64,000 nucleotides of DNA from an uncultured Candidatus Rokubacteria bacterium (lineage in GTDB: Bacteria; Methylomirabilota; Methylomirabilia; Rokubacteriales; CSP1-6). Position numbers and translations under genes: made by a program. The notes beneath the pieces are model-generated. The model was given only the letters and a program-made list of their open reading frames with translations. It did no database searches and was not told the DNA's origin. The stretch spans positions 128,001-192,000 of the forward strand of contig CAVVEU010000040.1 in assembly GCA_963747235.1 (NCBI GenBank), in the 5' to 3' direction. This document shows, one piece after another, positions 1 through 11,295 of the stretch (position 1 is the first letter of the stretch; each line of letters begins with the position of its first letter).

Positions 1-409
1 GCACCTGACCGGGCCGCCTGGTGGCCGCGGCCATCGCGGTGATGTTGCAGGACGAGGTGTTCGAGGCGAGCAGCGCGTGCGGCGGGCAGATCCGGTCGAG
101 CTTGGCGAAGGTCTCGTTCTTGAGCGGCTGGTTCTCGGTGATGGCCTCGATCACGAGGTCGCAGTCGCGGAAGGCCTCGAGGCCGACCACGCCCCTGATC
201 CGACCCATGATCTCGTCGCGGGTCTTCTCGTCGATGCGCGCCTTGGCCACCAGCGCGTCGAGGCTCTTGCGGAGCCCGCCGAGCCCCCGGTCGAGCAGCT
301 CCTGGGTCGCCTCCGCCACGATCGTGGAGAAGCCGGCCTGCGCGGCGACCTGGACGATGCCCGATCCCATCAGCCCACAGCCCAGCACTCCGACGGTCCG
401 TATGGCCAT
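1..409 (-). CDS. 3-hydroxyacyl-CoA (3-hydroxybutyryl-CoA) dehydrogenase, 5' part; runs off the window edge
   Basis: Manual translation from ATG at 409: MAIRTVGVLGCGLMGSGIVQVAAQAG...CDLVIEAITEN...LASNTSS. Rossmann GxGxMG plus the EAI.E and SNTSS motifs of the 3HCDH family. Confidence 0.9.
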   Translation of the reverse strand, partial: MAIRTVGVLGCGLMGSGIVQVAAQAGFSTIVAEATQELLDRGLGGLRKSLDALVAKARIDEKTRDEIMGRIRGVVGLEAFRDCDLVIEAITENQPLKNETFAKLDRICPPHALLASNTSSCNITAMAAATRRPGQV

Positions 410-489
410 GCCTGGTGTCTCCTGATCACAGCCGGCCCCGGTCGCCCGGGGGCGGCGTCAGCTTCGTCTGGGAGGAGCCGGCTCGACGA

Positions 490-836
490 TCAGCGGCGGG
501 AGCGCGACCGGTTGTAGGCGGCCAGCGCGAACTCGTGCTCGATGTCGCCGCCGGGCACGGGTTCATCACCTTCACGCTGATCCCGGTCTTCTTGTTGCGC
601 ATCGAGCCGTCCGGCTGCGGCTCCCACTCGTCGATGGCCGACGGGCGGGGCGCCAGCGCGTCACGCTTGATGTCCTCGGTATAGGCCCGCTCGCGGGACT
701 CCACGGGGCGGTTCATCAGGTTGAGGATGAGGGGCGCCACCGCCTTCTGCTCGGGCTCGGCCGCCCCCAGGCCCACGGGGACCGCCAGTCCCGCGACCAC
801 GATCACCAGTGCTCCCAGCCATCCGCGCTCGGTCAT
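490..836 (-). CDS. small secreted hypothetical protein (probable frameshift near 555)
   Basis: GGGAGG RBS before ATG 836 and a signal-peptide-like start (MTERGWLGALVIVVAGLAVPVGLGAA). A GC3-rich alternative frame continues GDIEHEFALAAYNRSRSRR* to a stop at 490. Confidence 0.55.
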
Positions 837-878
837 GGATCGCCTCCCGGCCCCCATCATACAACCACTTGCGACCGC

Positions 879-1409
879 CTAGTCGTAGACGATCAGGGAG
901 TCGATCCGGTGGCCGGCGCCGGCCAGCCGCTCGCGCCCCTTGAGAAAGGCCAGCTCGATCAGGAACGTGGCCCCGACCACGGTCGCCCCGAGCCGGTCGA
1001 AGAGCTGGAACGTGGCCGCCATGGTTCCGCCGGTGGCGAGGAGATCGTCCACCACCAGGACCCGCTGGCCCTTGCGCACCGCGTCCTCGTGGATGGCCAG
1101 CACATCGCGGCCGTACTCGAGCTCGTACTCCTCCTCGATCGTGGGCGCGGGCAGCTTGCCCCGCTTGCGCACCGGCACGAAGCCCGCCTTGAGCTGGTGC
1201 GCGAGCGCGCCGCCGAAGATGAAGCCGCGCGACTCCACGCCCACCACGAGGTCCACCCGCGCGGTGTGGTAGCGCGCGGCCAGGTGGTCGATCACGGAGG
1301 CCCAGGCCGGGCCGTCCTTGAGCAGCGTGGTGATGTCCTTGAAGAGGATGCCCTCGGTCGGGAAATCCTTGATGTCGCGGATCTTTGCGCGGAGCTCGCC
1401 GACGTCCAT
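879..1409 (-). CDS. apt: adenine phosphoribosyltransferase
   Basis: DFPTEGILFKDITTLL, ESRGF, VRKRGKLP, LEYG and the PRPP motif VLVVDDLLATGGT. Confidence 0.97.
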   Translation of the reverse strand: MDVGELRAKIRDIKDFPTEGILFKDITTLLKDGPAWASVIDHLAARYHTARVDLVVGVESRGFIFGGALAHQLKAGFVPVRKRGKLPAPTIEEEYELEYGRDVLAIHEDAVRKGQRVLVVDDLLATGGTMAATFQLFDRLGATVVGATFLIELAFLKGRERLAGAGHRIDSLIVYD

Positions 1410-1421
1410 GGCGCAGGAATG

Positions 1422-2180
1422 TTACCCGCCGGGCCTCGGAGGCGCAATCCGAAAAACCGCATCCGCGAGCATGGCGAGGTCGGGAATCAGCAGGTCGGCC
1501 TCGGCCGACGGCCGGCGGAAGCCCGCGGTGTAGTGCGCGGCCGCGCATGCCCACGCCCTGGGCCCCGACCACGTCGGCATCCGGGTTGTCGCCGATGTGC
1601 ACCGCCTCGTCCGGCGCCACCCCGGCGCGCTCCAGCGTGACGCTGGAAGATCTGGGCCTCCGGCTTCCGGAAGCCGACCTCGTCGGAGTAGGAGATCGCG
1701 CCGAAGTAGCGAAGCAGCCCGTGGCGCTCGAGCACCCGGCGCAGGATCACGCCCGGGGTGCGCCCGGTGTTGGAGACGATGCCGAGGCTCACGCCCCGCG
1801 CGGCCAGCTCCCGCACCGCGCGATCCGGCGCCCGGACAGAGATCCGGCGGATGGGCCAGCACCGGGCTGATGTAGCCGTCGAGCGCCGCCGCGAACGCGG
1901 CGGGATCCAGGCGCGCCGCGATGCCCTCGCCGCGGGTGTCCAGCACGATCCGGAGCTGCTCGTCCGGGCTCGGGTCACGGTGGAGGCTCCAGAAGCGCTC
2001 GACCAGCACCTCGCCCGAGCGCTCGTGGACGTCCTCCGCCTCCGCCTCGCTCACCGGAGCGCCCGCGTCGCGCAGCGCCCGCCGGATCGCGGCCACGCGG
2101 AGCGCGCGCTGGGCGCGGAGGTTCTCGGGGGAATCGGTGACGAGGGTGTCCCAGAAGTCGAACGTGACGAGGCGGATCAC
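1422..2180 (-). CDS. HAD-superfamily hydrolase (frameshifted)
   Basis: Motif I VTFDFWDTLV, motif II IVSNTG, motif III KP (GFRKPE) and motif IV HIGDNPDADVVGA, spread over three frames. Confidence 0.85.
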   Translation of the reverse strand: MIRLVTFDFWDTLVTDSPENLRAQRALRVAAIRRALRDAGAPVSEAEAEDVHERSGEVLVERFWSLHRDPSPDEQLRIVLDTRGEGIAARLDPAAFAAALDGYISPVLAHPPDLCPGAGSRGAGAGRAGREPRHRLQHRAHPGRDPAPGARAPRAASLLRRDLLLRRGRLPEAGGPDLPASRWSAPGWRRTRRCTSATTRMPTWSGPRAWACAAAHYTAGFRRPSAEADLLIPDLAMLADAVFRIAPPRPGG

Positions 2181-2949
2181 GAAGCGAAGCGGGGCTTGCG
2201 CTTGCCGAGGTAGGCGTCCATGGCCTCGCGGGGCTCGCCGGTGGCGAAGGACTGGCCGAACGCGTTGACCCCGTACTCGACCGCCGTCCGCTGATCCGTG
2301 TTCCGCCAGCGCACGATCAGCTCCTTCTGCAGGCGCACCGCGGTGGGCGCGCACTCGACGATGCGCCCGACCAGCTCCGCGGTCACCGCGCGCAGCCCGG
2401 CCGCCGGCGCGACCCGGTTCACCAGCCCCCACGCGAGCGCCTGCTCCGCGGTGACCGGGTCGCCGGTCAGCAGGATCTCGGCCGCCCGCCCCGGCCCGAC
2501 CATGCCGGGCAGGAGCGCCGCCTCGATCACCGAGGGGATGCCCACCCGAATCTCGGGCAGGCCCAGGAGCGCGCCCGCGGCCGCGGTGCGCAGGTCGCAG
2601 GCCATCGCGAGCTCGAAGCCCGCCCCGAGACACGCGCCGTTGATCATGCACACGGTCGGGAACGGCGCGTCGTGCACCAGGTTGATCGCCTCGTGCAGGC
2701 TCGCGATGAACGCGCTTGGCGGTGGCCGGGGGTGAGCTCGCGCAGCACCTGGAGCTGCATGCCGCCGGTGATGGCCCGCCCCGCGCCCGTGATCACCGCG
2801 GCGCGGACGCGTCGGATCGCGCCGGAGCGCGTCGAAGGTGGCGCGGATCCCCTCCACCATCTCGGGCACGATCAGGTTCAGCGGCGGCCGGTCGAGGGTG
2901 ACCCACGCCACGCCGTGCCTCGCGCTCGACGCGGACGAAATCAGGTCAT
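2177..2949 (-). CDS. enoyl-CoA hydratase/isomerase family protein (frameshifted)
   Basis: TLDRPPLN, INGACLGAGFELAMACDLR, LGLPE, ALAWGLVNRV and the C-terminal AYLGKRKPRF. Confidence 0.9.
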
Positions 2950-2962
2950 CGGCATCTGCGCG

Positions 2963-3277
2963 CTAGTACCGCTTCATCTTCGGGTCGATGGCCCGCGCCC
3001 AGAAGTCGAGGCCGCCCGCCAGGTTCACCGCCTTGAATCCCTGCTGGCGGAGAAAGTTGGCGACCGCGGCGCTGCGCACGCCGTGGTGGCAGTACACGAT
3101 GATCTCGTCGGCCGGATCGAGCTCGGCGGTGCGGAACTCGATCTCCTCGATCGGGATGTGGGTCGCGTTGTCGAGCCGGCACAGCGCGGTCTCCCAGTCC
3201 TCGCGCACGTCGAGCAGCACGAGCGGCTCCCGGCGATCCAGCTTCGCCTTCAGGTCCTGCGGGCTTATGTCGGTCAT
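2963..3277 (-). CDS. rhodanese-like sulfurtransferase
   Basis: LLDVRE.WE, HIP, active-site loop YCHHGVRS and NLAGGLDFW; GGGAGG RBS before ATG 3277. Confidence 0.9.
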   Translation of the reverse strand: MTDISPQDLKAKLDRREPLVLLDVREDWETALCRLDNATHIPIEEIEFRTAELDPADEIIVYCHHGVRSAAVANFLRQQGFKAVNLAGGLDFWARAIDPKMKRY

Positions 3278-3333
3278 GACGGCCTCCCGGGGCCGAAGAT
3301 TACACCGAAACGGTTGTCCGCAAACTGGGGGAG

Positions 3334-3369
3334 TGCGGGGGCCATTTCTGGGCCCCCGCATTTAATAAA
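3334..3369. terminator. GC-rich hairpin with adjacent T/A tract
   Basis: TGCGGGGGCC (3334-3343) pairs with GGCCCCCGCA (3351-3360), followed by TTTAATAAA. Confidence 0.5.
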
Positions 3370-3444
3370 GCTTGAAGAACTAAACGGTAATCAGCCGCGG
3401 ACAGCCGACTGTAGTCAGCCGAACGGTCGTCCGCGGACACGCGT

Positions 3445-4550
3445 TCACGGCTCCGCCGGGAGCAGCACGCTGGTCTCCGGGGAGATCTCGATCTTGACGT
3501 CGTCGCCGGGCTTGAAGCTCTTGCCCTGCTGCGCGGAGGTGATCATCTCCACGCGGACCGTGCCGCCCGGGATCGTGACGTCGTAGAGCTGGCGCGCGCC
3601 CTCGAAGACGTGGCCGACCACCTTGCCCGCGGATGCCCCCCGCCGCGCGCTCGGCCTCCTCGAGGCGCAGCGCCTCCGGCCGGAGGCAGAGCAGGCCGCG
3701 GTCCCCGACCGCCCACGGGTGCCCGCCCGAGGCCACCGGGATGCGCGAGCCGCCCGCCGTGTCCACCACCACGCCCAGGTCGCGCACCTCGAGCACCCGC
3801 ACCGCCACCAGGTTGGCGGCGCCCACGAACTCGGCCACGAACCGGTTGCGGGGCCGCCAGTAGATCTCCTCGGGCTTGCCCTCCTGCACGATGCGGCCCT
3901 GGCTCAGCACCGCGATGCGCGTGGACAGCGCGAGCGCCTCCGCCTGGTCGTGGGTGACGTAGATGGTGGTGATCCCGACGTCGCGGTGCAGCCGCGCCAG
4001 CTCGAGGCGCATCTGCGCGCGCAGCACCGCGTCCAGGTTGGAGAGCGGCTCGTCGAGCAGGAGCAGGCGCGGCTGGATGATCAGGGTCCGCGCCAGCGCC
4101 ACCCGCTGCTGCTGGCCTCCCGAGAGCTGGGACGGCCGGCGCGTCTCGAAGCCGTCGAGGCCCACCTGGCCGAGGGCGGCGGCCTACCCGCGCGGTCAGC
4201 GCCGCGCCGCTCACCCCGCGCTCGCGCAGGCCGAAGGCCACGTTCTCGAACACGGACAGGTGCGGCCACAGCGCGTAGTGCTGGAAGACCATGCCCAGGT
4301 TGCGCTTCCACGGCGGCACCGGATCGATCGGCTCGTCGTCCACGATGATGCGGCCGGTGTCGGGGGTGATGAAGCCCGCGAGCAGCCGGAGCAGCGTCGT
4401 CTTGCCGCAGCCGGACGGCCCCAGCAGCGTGTAGAACTCGCCGGGGCGGATCGAGAGCGAGACGTCCTGCACCGCCCAGTGCTCGCCGTAGCGCTTGCCC
4501 ACGTTCTCCATGCGCACTTCCGACAGCCGGATCAGCTCCTCCTGGCTCAC
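3445..4550 (-). CDS. ABC transporter ATP-binding protein, Fe3+/polyamine (FbpC/PotA) type (frameshifted)
   Basis: Walker [18 protein letters not shown], signature [25 protein letters not shown] and a C-terminal TOBE-like LRPE region. Confidence 0.92.
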
Positions 4551-5736
4551 GCGCTCCGACCTCCCTCGCCCCACGGAGGGGCCTCGCCCCACGGACGCGC
4601 GCGGCGGTTGAGCCGCGCCACGAGCGGGATCACCGACAGCCCCATCCCGGCCAGCACCAGGTAGACGGCGGCGGGCGGCATGGACGACAGCAGCGTCGTC
4701 GCCACGACCGGCCCGATGAAGGCCGCCCCGATCCGCGCCGAGTTCACGAATCCGATGGCTTCCCCGGACGCCCGCTGCGCGATCGCCGCCACCGAGAGCG
4801 GGAAGACCGGCGCGATGCACAGCACCTGCAGGAAGCGGAGCACCCCGAAGCTCCACACGTTGCCCGCGACCCCGAGCGCGGCCACCAGCAGCGAGGAGCC
4901 CAGCGAGGAACCAGATCAGCGCGCGCCGGTCGCCGACCACCTCGGCCAGGCGCGGCGCCGCCATCGCGCCGAGCGCGGCGGCCAGCCCGGTGATCAGGAG
5001 GAGGAACCCGCTGACCTCGAGCGTGGAGTCCCCCGACACCCCGAGCGGCGGGAGGATCTGCGGGAGGATCGCGGCGAGGAAGAAGATCTGCGTCGATCCG
5101 GTGAGCACCACGAGGCACGCCGTCACCAGCTCGCGCGGCGACGTCCGCCGGTCGCCCGCGGCCCTGGCGTCGCGCGGCTTGCCCGGCGGCACGCCCCAGG
5201 CCACGAGGGCCGAGCAGGCCCACAGCATCACGCCGCCCAGGATGAAGGAGAGCTGGAACCCGAGGCGCGCCGCCACCACCGCGCCCACCGCCGGCCCCAG
5301 CACCTGCCCCAGCGTCATGCCCGACTGGATGTAGGACACCTGGCGCCGCACGTCGCCGCCGGAGCGCCCCACCATGATGAAGGCGAAGGTGGACACCGCG
5401 CCCATCAGGCCCAGGAGCACGCGGGCGACCAGCATCTCGGGCAGCGTGCGCGCGAGCGCCATGCCGAGGAAGCCCAGCCCCTGGAACGCCTGCACCGCCA
5501 TGAAGCCGCGCTTGGGATCGATGCGCTCGCCGATGCGCCCCGAGATCGGCGCGGTGATGACCGTGATGAGCGGGCTGATGCCGAGGATCCACCCGGTCCA
5601 GCGCAGCGTCGTGGCCGCGTCCAGCGTGGACATCTTCTGGATGTGGAAGGGCAGGCTCACGTACACGAACGACCACGCGAAGGTGCCGAGCAGCATCGAG
5701 GCCGGCAGGACCCAGGTCCGGGCGTGGCGACGCCAT
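4547..5736 (-). CDS. MFS transporter (frameshifted)
   Basis: About 12 hydrophobic segments; motif-A-like GRIGERIDPKR and LAEVVGDRR; GQVLGPAVGAVVA (motif C-like). Confidence 0.8.
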
Positions 5737-5738
5737 CG

Positions 5739-7410
5739 TCAGCTCCGGAAGAGCGCCGCGCCGGAGCGCCGCGCCAGCGCGGTGGCGGCCCACGTCCCGG
5801 CCGCCACCAGCACGATGGCGACCACCCCGAGCGCCGCGCCCGGGCCGCGGCCCACCGCCGACTGCATGTAGAGATAGATGCCGTAGGAGAGCGGGCCCAG
5901 CTCCACCCGCGGGACCAGCAGGATCGTGGACGAGAGATCCACCGCCGAGGTGATGAACGCGAGCAGGCCGCCGGCCAGCAGCCCGCGCATCATCAGCGGC
6001 AGCGTGATGCGCCGGAAGGTGCGCGGCGCGATTGGCCCCGAGGTTCTGGGCCGCCTCCTCCAGCGCGGGCGAGAGCTGCTGGAGCGCCGCGTAGGCTCCC
6101 CGCACCGCGTAGGGCAGCCGCCGCACCGCGTACACGATCACCAGGATGAGCCACGTGGACGTGAGCGGCTCGCCCAGGCCCGGCACGCGGAACGACCCGA
6201 AGGCGCGGAGGTAGCCCACCGCGATCACCACGCCCGGGATCGCGAGCGGCACCGTGGAGATCGTGTCGAGCCACTGCCGGCCCCGCACCCGGCCGCGGAG
6301 CAGGAGCCAGGCGATCACCGCGCCCAGCGCCACGTCGAGCAGCGCGGCGAGGCCCGCGTAGCGCATCGTGTTCGCGATGAACTGGGGCGAGCGGACCAGG
6401 ATCTCCTCGTAGTTGCCCAGGGTGTAGACGGTCGGGACCGGGGTGAGGCTCCACACCTTCGAGACCGACAGCAGCAGGATGCCCGCGTGCGGGAGCAGCG
6501 CGGGCCCCAGCAGCAGCGCGACGAGCCCCCACGCCACCAGGGCGCCGCGCGGACCCAGCGCCACCGGCGGCGCCTCGCCGCTCCGGCCGAGCGCCGCGAA
6601 CTCGCCGCGGGCCAGGACCGCCTTGGACAGCGCGAGCGCCCCGAGCGACAGCGCCACCAGGATCACGCAGATCACGTAGCCGTCCACGTCGGTGAGGCCG
6701 ATCGTGGTCACCCGCACGTAGGCCTGCGGCGCGAGCAGCTTGGTGTAGTTGAGCATGAGCGGCGTGCCCAGGTCGTCGATCACGCGGATGAACGTGAGCA
6801 GGGCCCCCGCCGCGTAGCCCGGCAGGGCCAGCGGCAGCAGCACGCGGCGGAAGAGGCGGAAGCCCGAGCTGCCGAGGTTCTGGGCCGCCTCCTCGAGCGA
6901 GCGATCGAGCCCGGCGAGCGCGGCCGCGGTGTTGAGCAGGATGAACGGGAAGTAGTGGAGGCTCTGCACCAGCACCACCCCGGTGAGCCCCTCCATGAAC
7001 GGGATCGTGAAGCCCGCGTGCTCGCGGAGCAGCAGGTTCACCGCGCCGCTGCGCCCGAGGATCTGCTGGAAGGCCACCGCGCCCACGAAGGGCGGGATCA
7101 CGAGCGGCAGCACGCCCAGCACCGTGACCAGGGTCCGCCCCGGGAAGCGGTAGCGCACGGTGAGCAGCGCCAGCGGCACCGCGATCACGCTGCCGATCAC
7201 CACCGCCAGCACGCCGGCCAGCAGCGTGTTCACGAACGCCTCGCGGAAGAGCGGGCGCCCGAAGAAGGCCGCGAGCGGTCGCAGGGTGGGCACGCCCCCG
7301 TCCAGGAAGGCCACCGACAGCACCTGGAGCAGCGGGTAGACGATGGCGGCCGCGAGCAGGGCCAGCAGGGCCGCCACCAGCGTGGCCTCGCCCGCCGAGC
7401 GGTGTGCCAT
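5739..7410 (-). CDS. ABC transporter permease, FbpB type with two BPD_transp modules (frameshift near 6030)
   Basis: Two EAA loops (LEEAAQNLGSSG and LEEAAQNLGAN), PLVIPPFVGA and PLAIPGVV. Confidence 0.9.
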
Positions 7411-8826
7411 CAGGCGGACGCGGTCGGGCTCGATTCGACGGCCGACGCCTCGGGCGCCATCGGCTGCGCCGCGAACGTCAGGTACTCCAGATCCTCGAGG
7501 GTCTGCTCGAGGCGATGGTAGGCCCACGCGCAGCCGAGCAGCGCGGCGAGCGGGTAGCCGAGCCCGTAGCTGCGCGGGCCCACCAGCAGCGTGATCACGG
7601 TGAAGACCAGGTTGCCGGCCAGGAAGACGCCCGCGACCTCGGCGGCCGCGCGCCGCCGGTCGAAGTAGAGCAGCACGATGCCCCCGAAGAGGCAGAGCAC
7701 GTGCAGCAGCGCGCCCACGAGCCCGCAGCGCATGATCCCGAGCTGCAGCCCGTCGAGCGCGAGCTCGGCCGCGATCCACGGGGCCAGCACCATGAGCAGC
7801 AGGGTCAGCGGGCCCTGGACCACCAGCATGCGGCGCAGGCCGTCGCGCAGGCAGAGCGGTCATGGCCCGCTTGGCCTCCAGCACCTGCCGCAGGGTGCCG
7901 TGCTTGGTGGCCACGCCGTAGTACTCCCGGTAGCGATCGTAGAAGTCGGTCTCGACGCTGACGAGGAAGATGGCGAGCGACGGCACGACCGAAAGGTAGC
8001 ACAGGAAGATCGGGGTGTCGTAGAGCGAGGCGTGAAACCAGCCGACGATCTGGCGCCCGGTCGGCGCGATCCAGAACGCGATGCGGTCCACCGCGATCGC
8101 CGCGTTGTAGAGGAGCCCGGCCGCGATCAGATCGGGGTAGCGGGCGAAGGCGCTGGTGAGATCCACCGTCTCCGGCGCGCGCACCGCGGTGAGCTCGCGC
8201 TCGACGCGCGCGCACAGCACGAACAGGATGCCGGCCTGGCCGAGCAGGAAGCCGCCCAGGTGCCCGCTCGTGCCGAGCCAGCGGCCGAGCGCCAGGGCCG
8301 CGAGCAGGCTCACCACGTTGCCCGCGAAGAAGGCGGCCACCACGCTCGCGTAGTCCTGGGCCGCGCCGAGGTAGATCATCACCATCCAGGTGCACGACAC
8401 CACCACCAGCAGCATGACCCCGAACAGGCGCAGGCCCGGGTCGAGGCCGGGCGCCAGGGCGTAGAACAGCGCGCCGAGCACCAAGTGCGCGAGCGCGGTC
8501 CACCCGACCGTGAAGCGGTAGGAGACGACGAGGGTCCCGAGGCGGCCCACGTAGAGCTCGTCGGCGAGCTGGCGCGTCACCACCATGTGCGCGGCGCCGG
8601 TCGTGATCAGCGAGAACGTGTAGGTGTAGACCACGATCGCCTGGAAGCGGGCGTGCGCCGCCTCCCCGATCAGGTCGCGGGAGAACAGGGCCAGGGTCCC
8701 GAGCGTGCAGATGGAGAGCAGCCACGGGCCCGCCGAGAGCACCGCGCCGTAGAGGTGGGCGCGCAGCCACCCGCTGCTGCTGTCCTCGACGATGAGGCGC
8801 TTGAGCCGGAAGCCGATGCCCGCCAT
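7410..8826 (-). CDS. pelG: Pel exopolysaccharide inner-membrane protein PelG (frameshift near 7860)
   Basis: Typical PelG N-terminus MAGIGFRL...YGAVLSAGPWLL, TRQLADELY, YDTPIFL, VETDFYDRY and a C-terminal YGLGY...LEYLTF. Confidence 0.93.
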
Positions 8827-8830
8827 CGCC

Positions 8831-10336
8831 CTACCGCGCCCGCGACCCGATCATGTCGGTGTAGATCTCCCGGTAGCGACGGATCAGGTCGGACTCCTGG
8901 TAGTGGGCGCGCACCCGGTTCCGGGCCGCCCGGCCCATCTCCTCGCGGAGGCCCGGGTCGCGGGCCAGGCTCAGCATCGCCTGCGCGGTCGCGCCCGGGT
9001 CGGCGAGGCCGGTCACGAGCCCGCTCGCGCCGAGCGCGCGGTCCGCGGGCTGGCTGCCCTCGAGGAGCTCGCGACAGGCGCCCACGTCGGTGGAGACCAC
9101 CGGGATGCCGGCCGCGGCCGCCTCCAGGATCACGAGCGGCAGCCCCTCCGAGATGCTGGTGAGCACGAGCACGTCGATGCGCGGGTAGATCTGCTTGACG
9201 TCCACCCGGCCGGTGAACTCCACCCGCTCGGCGATCCCGAGCGTGGCGGCCAGCACGCGGCACTCGTCGAGATACTGCGGGTCCTCGTCGCCCGGCCCCG
9301 CGATCACCGCGGTCGCGCCGGGCAGCGCCGCGCTCACGATCTTGACCGCGCGGATGAACGTCTTCACGTCCTTGATCGGCACCACGCGCCCCACGAAGCC
9401 GATGCGGAACTCGCCCGGCGCCGCCTCCACGCGCGGCAGCGCGGCGAGCGGCTCCATGTTGATGCCGTTCGGCACCACCAGCGTCTTGGCCGGGTCCGCC
9501 CCGTCGCGGATCTGGGCCTGGCGGTTGCCCTCGAAGATCGTGACGATGCGGTCGGCGTGGGCGTAGGTGATGCGCGAGAGGTGCTCGAAGAGCCGCGTCC
9601 ACAGCTCCTTGAAGAAGCCCGGCCCCGCCGACAGCGTCATGGGCGCCTGCTGCTGCACGTAGATCCACTCGGCCTGATCGATCTCCATCCGCCGCTCGCG
9701 CGAGTAGATGCCGTGCTCGGTGAGCAGCATCGGGCGGTCGTGGCGCACGCGCTGGGTCGCGGCCACCAGCCCGGCCCATCCGGTGGAGACGGTGTGGTAG
9801 AGCGCGGCCTCCGGCACCGGGGCGTGGAGCAGCCGGAACATCGGCAGGTGGGTGAACCGCCACGTCCAGAAGTAGTCGAGGAACGAGATGTGGGGGGCCC
9901 GGCTCTCGTAGAGGCGCCGCACGATGTCCCACGAGGGCTTGCCGTAGATGTAGTCGTGCACCGAGGGGCCGGCGCCCTGGTGCGGGCAGATCCGCTTGAG
10001 CAGATCGCCGAGCCCGTCGACCCGGCCGTCCTTGAGCTCCTCGTGATAGCGGAAGATCGTCTCCCACGAGGCGGGATCCATCGCGTGGCTCTTGCCCGCC
10101 GGCTCGTCGCCGCCGTGGATGCCCACGTCCACCAGGCTCACCACGTTGGGCGGCATGGTGTAGCGCGGCTCGTGCGTCTCCCCGCTCGTCGCCGAGATGT
10201 GGAAGATCGCGAAGCGCAGCTCGGGCAGCGCGTTGACGAGCTGGTGGATCCACGCCGACACCCCGCCCGTCACGTAGGGATACGTGCCCTCGAGGATCAG
10301 GCAGACGTCGGCGGGCGGGGTCGTCGTCCCGGTCAC
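8831..10336 (-). CDS. pelF: GT4 glycosyltransferase PelF
   Basis: DVCLILEGTYPYVTGGVSAW (DUF3492 region), HTVSTGWAG, LTEHGIYSRER, GRVVPIKDVKTFIRA and SISEGLPLVILEA. Confidence 0.95.
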   Translation of the reverse strand: MTGTTTPPADVCLILEGTYPYVTGGVSAWIHQLVNALPELRFAIFHISATSGETHEPRYTMPPNVVSLVDVGIHGGDEPAGKSHAMDPASWETIFRYHEELKDGRVDGLGDLLKRICPHQGAGPSVHDYIYGKPSWDIVRRLYESRAPHISFLDYFWTWRFTHLPMFRLLHAPVPEAALYHTVSTGWAGLVAATQRVRHDRPMLLTEHGIYSRERRMEIDQAEWIYVQQQAPMTLSAGPGFFKELWTRLFEHLSRITYAHADRIVTIFEGNRQAQIRDGADPAKTLVVPNGINMEPLAALPRVEAAPGEFRIGFVGRVVPIKDVKTFIRAVKIVSAALPGATAVIAGPGDEDPQYLDECRVLAATLGIAERVEFTGRVDVKQIYPRIDVLVLTSISEGLPLVILEAAAAGIPVVSTDVGACRELLEGSQPADRALGASGLVTGLADPGATAQAMLSLARDPGLREEMGRAARNRVRAHYQESDLIRRYREIYTDMIGSRAR

Positions 10337-11295
10337 GCCGCCCACCACCGAAGGGTCTCGTCGGCGCGGCCGGCGGCCACCGCGTCCCGCGAGATCGCCC
10401 GCACGTCGCCCCAGCGGCCCTGCGCGAAGAAGATCTCCGAGAGGAGCAGGTCCGCCTCGGTGGACGGCGCGGCGGCGCGGGCCTCCGCCGCGAGCGTCTC
10501 CGCCTCCGCCACCTCGCCCTGCGCCAGCCGCACCCGGGCCAGCGCCGCGGCCGGCGCGGCCCACTCCGGCCGGCGCGCGCGGACCGCCCGGTACGCGGCC
10601 TCCGCCTCGCCGAGCCAGTGGCGGCCCATCGCCGCCTCCAGCAGCCGGCTTTCCTGATAGGCCACGCACGCGTCGCCCACCGCCATGAGGCGCTCGGGCG
10701 ACTCCGGCTCGAGCTGCAGCTGCTCCTTCGCCAGCGCGATGCGCGCCACCAGCCGCTCCTCCACCCGCTGCAGGGCGCCCGAGGCCGCGATCTGCGTGTC
10801 GCGATCGTCGGCCCGCAGCGCCTCGCGCAGCAGATCCACCGCGGCGCCGTCGCCGCGCTTGGCGAGCAAGCCCGACGCCCCAGCGCTGGGTGCGCGGGTC
10901 GGCCGCGCGGATCAGATCCGCCACCGGCTGCACCGAGACCTGCGCCTGCAGCCAGTCGAGCACGCGGTCCACCGGCTCGGGCGTCTGCCCGGGACCGGGC
11001 AGGCCCGCCATCTCCGAGTGCGCCCCCGCGTACATCCCGGCCGGCGCGGCGCGCTTGCGCCAGAAGGCGATCGCGCTGAGCCCGATCAGGCCGAGGCCGG
11101 GCAGCGAGAGCACGAGCGACGTGGCGAGGAAGCGGGCGTCGCGCCGGCCGTCGCCCAGCCCGCGGCCGGCGAGCCACGCGGCGGCCACGTGCGCGAGGAG
11201 GGCGAGCGACCACCACCGGACCCCCGCGAGCGCGAGCGCCAGCGCGATCGCCTCCGCGAGCCAGCCCGCCGGGAGCGCGGCGATCAGGGCGTCAC
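10333..11295 (-). CDS. pelE: PelE-like membrane protein with HEAT/TPR repeats (frameshifted, start uncertain)
   Basis: N-terminal TM helices (LPGLGLIG), HEAT-like AVDLLREALRADDRDTQIAA and TPR-like C-terminus; sits between pelD and pelF. Confidence 0.75.

Noticed and set aside
3543-5696. Apparent MFS-ABC ATPase fusion
   Set aside because: A frameshift near 4900 explains it; the MFS C-terminus is in ORF 4547-4885.
4744-8826. 1360-aa ORF appearing to fuse PelG to an ABC permease
   Set aside because: Created by a frameshift near 7860. PelG's real C-terminus is in another frame ending at 7410, where the permease ATG begins.
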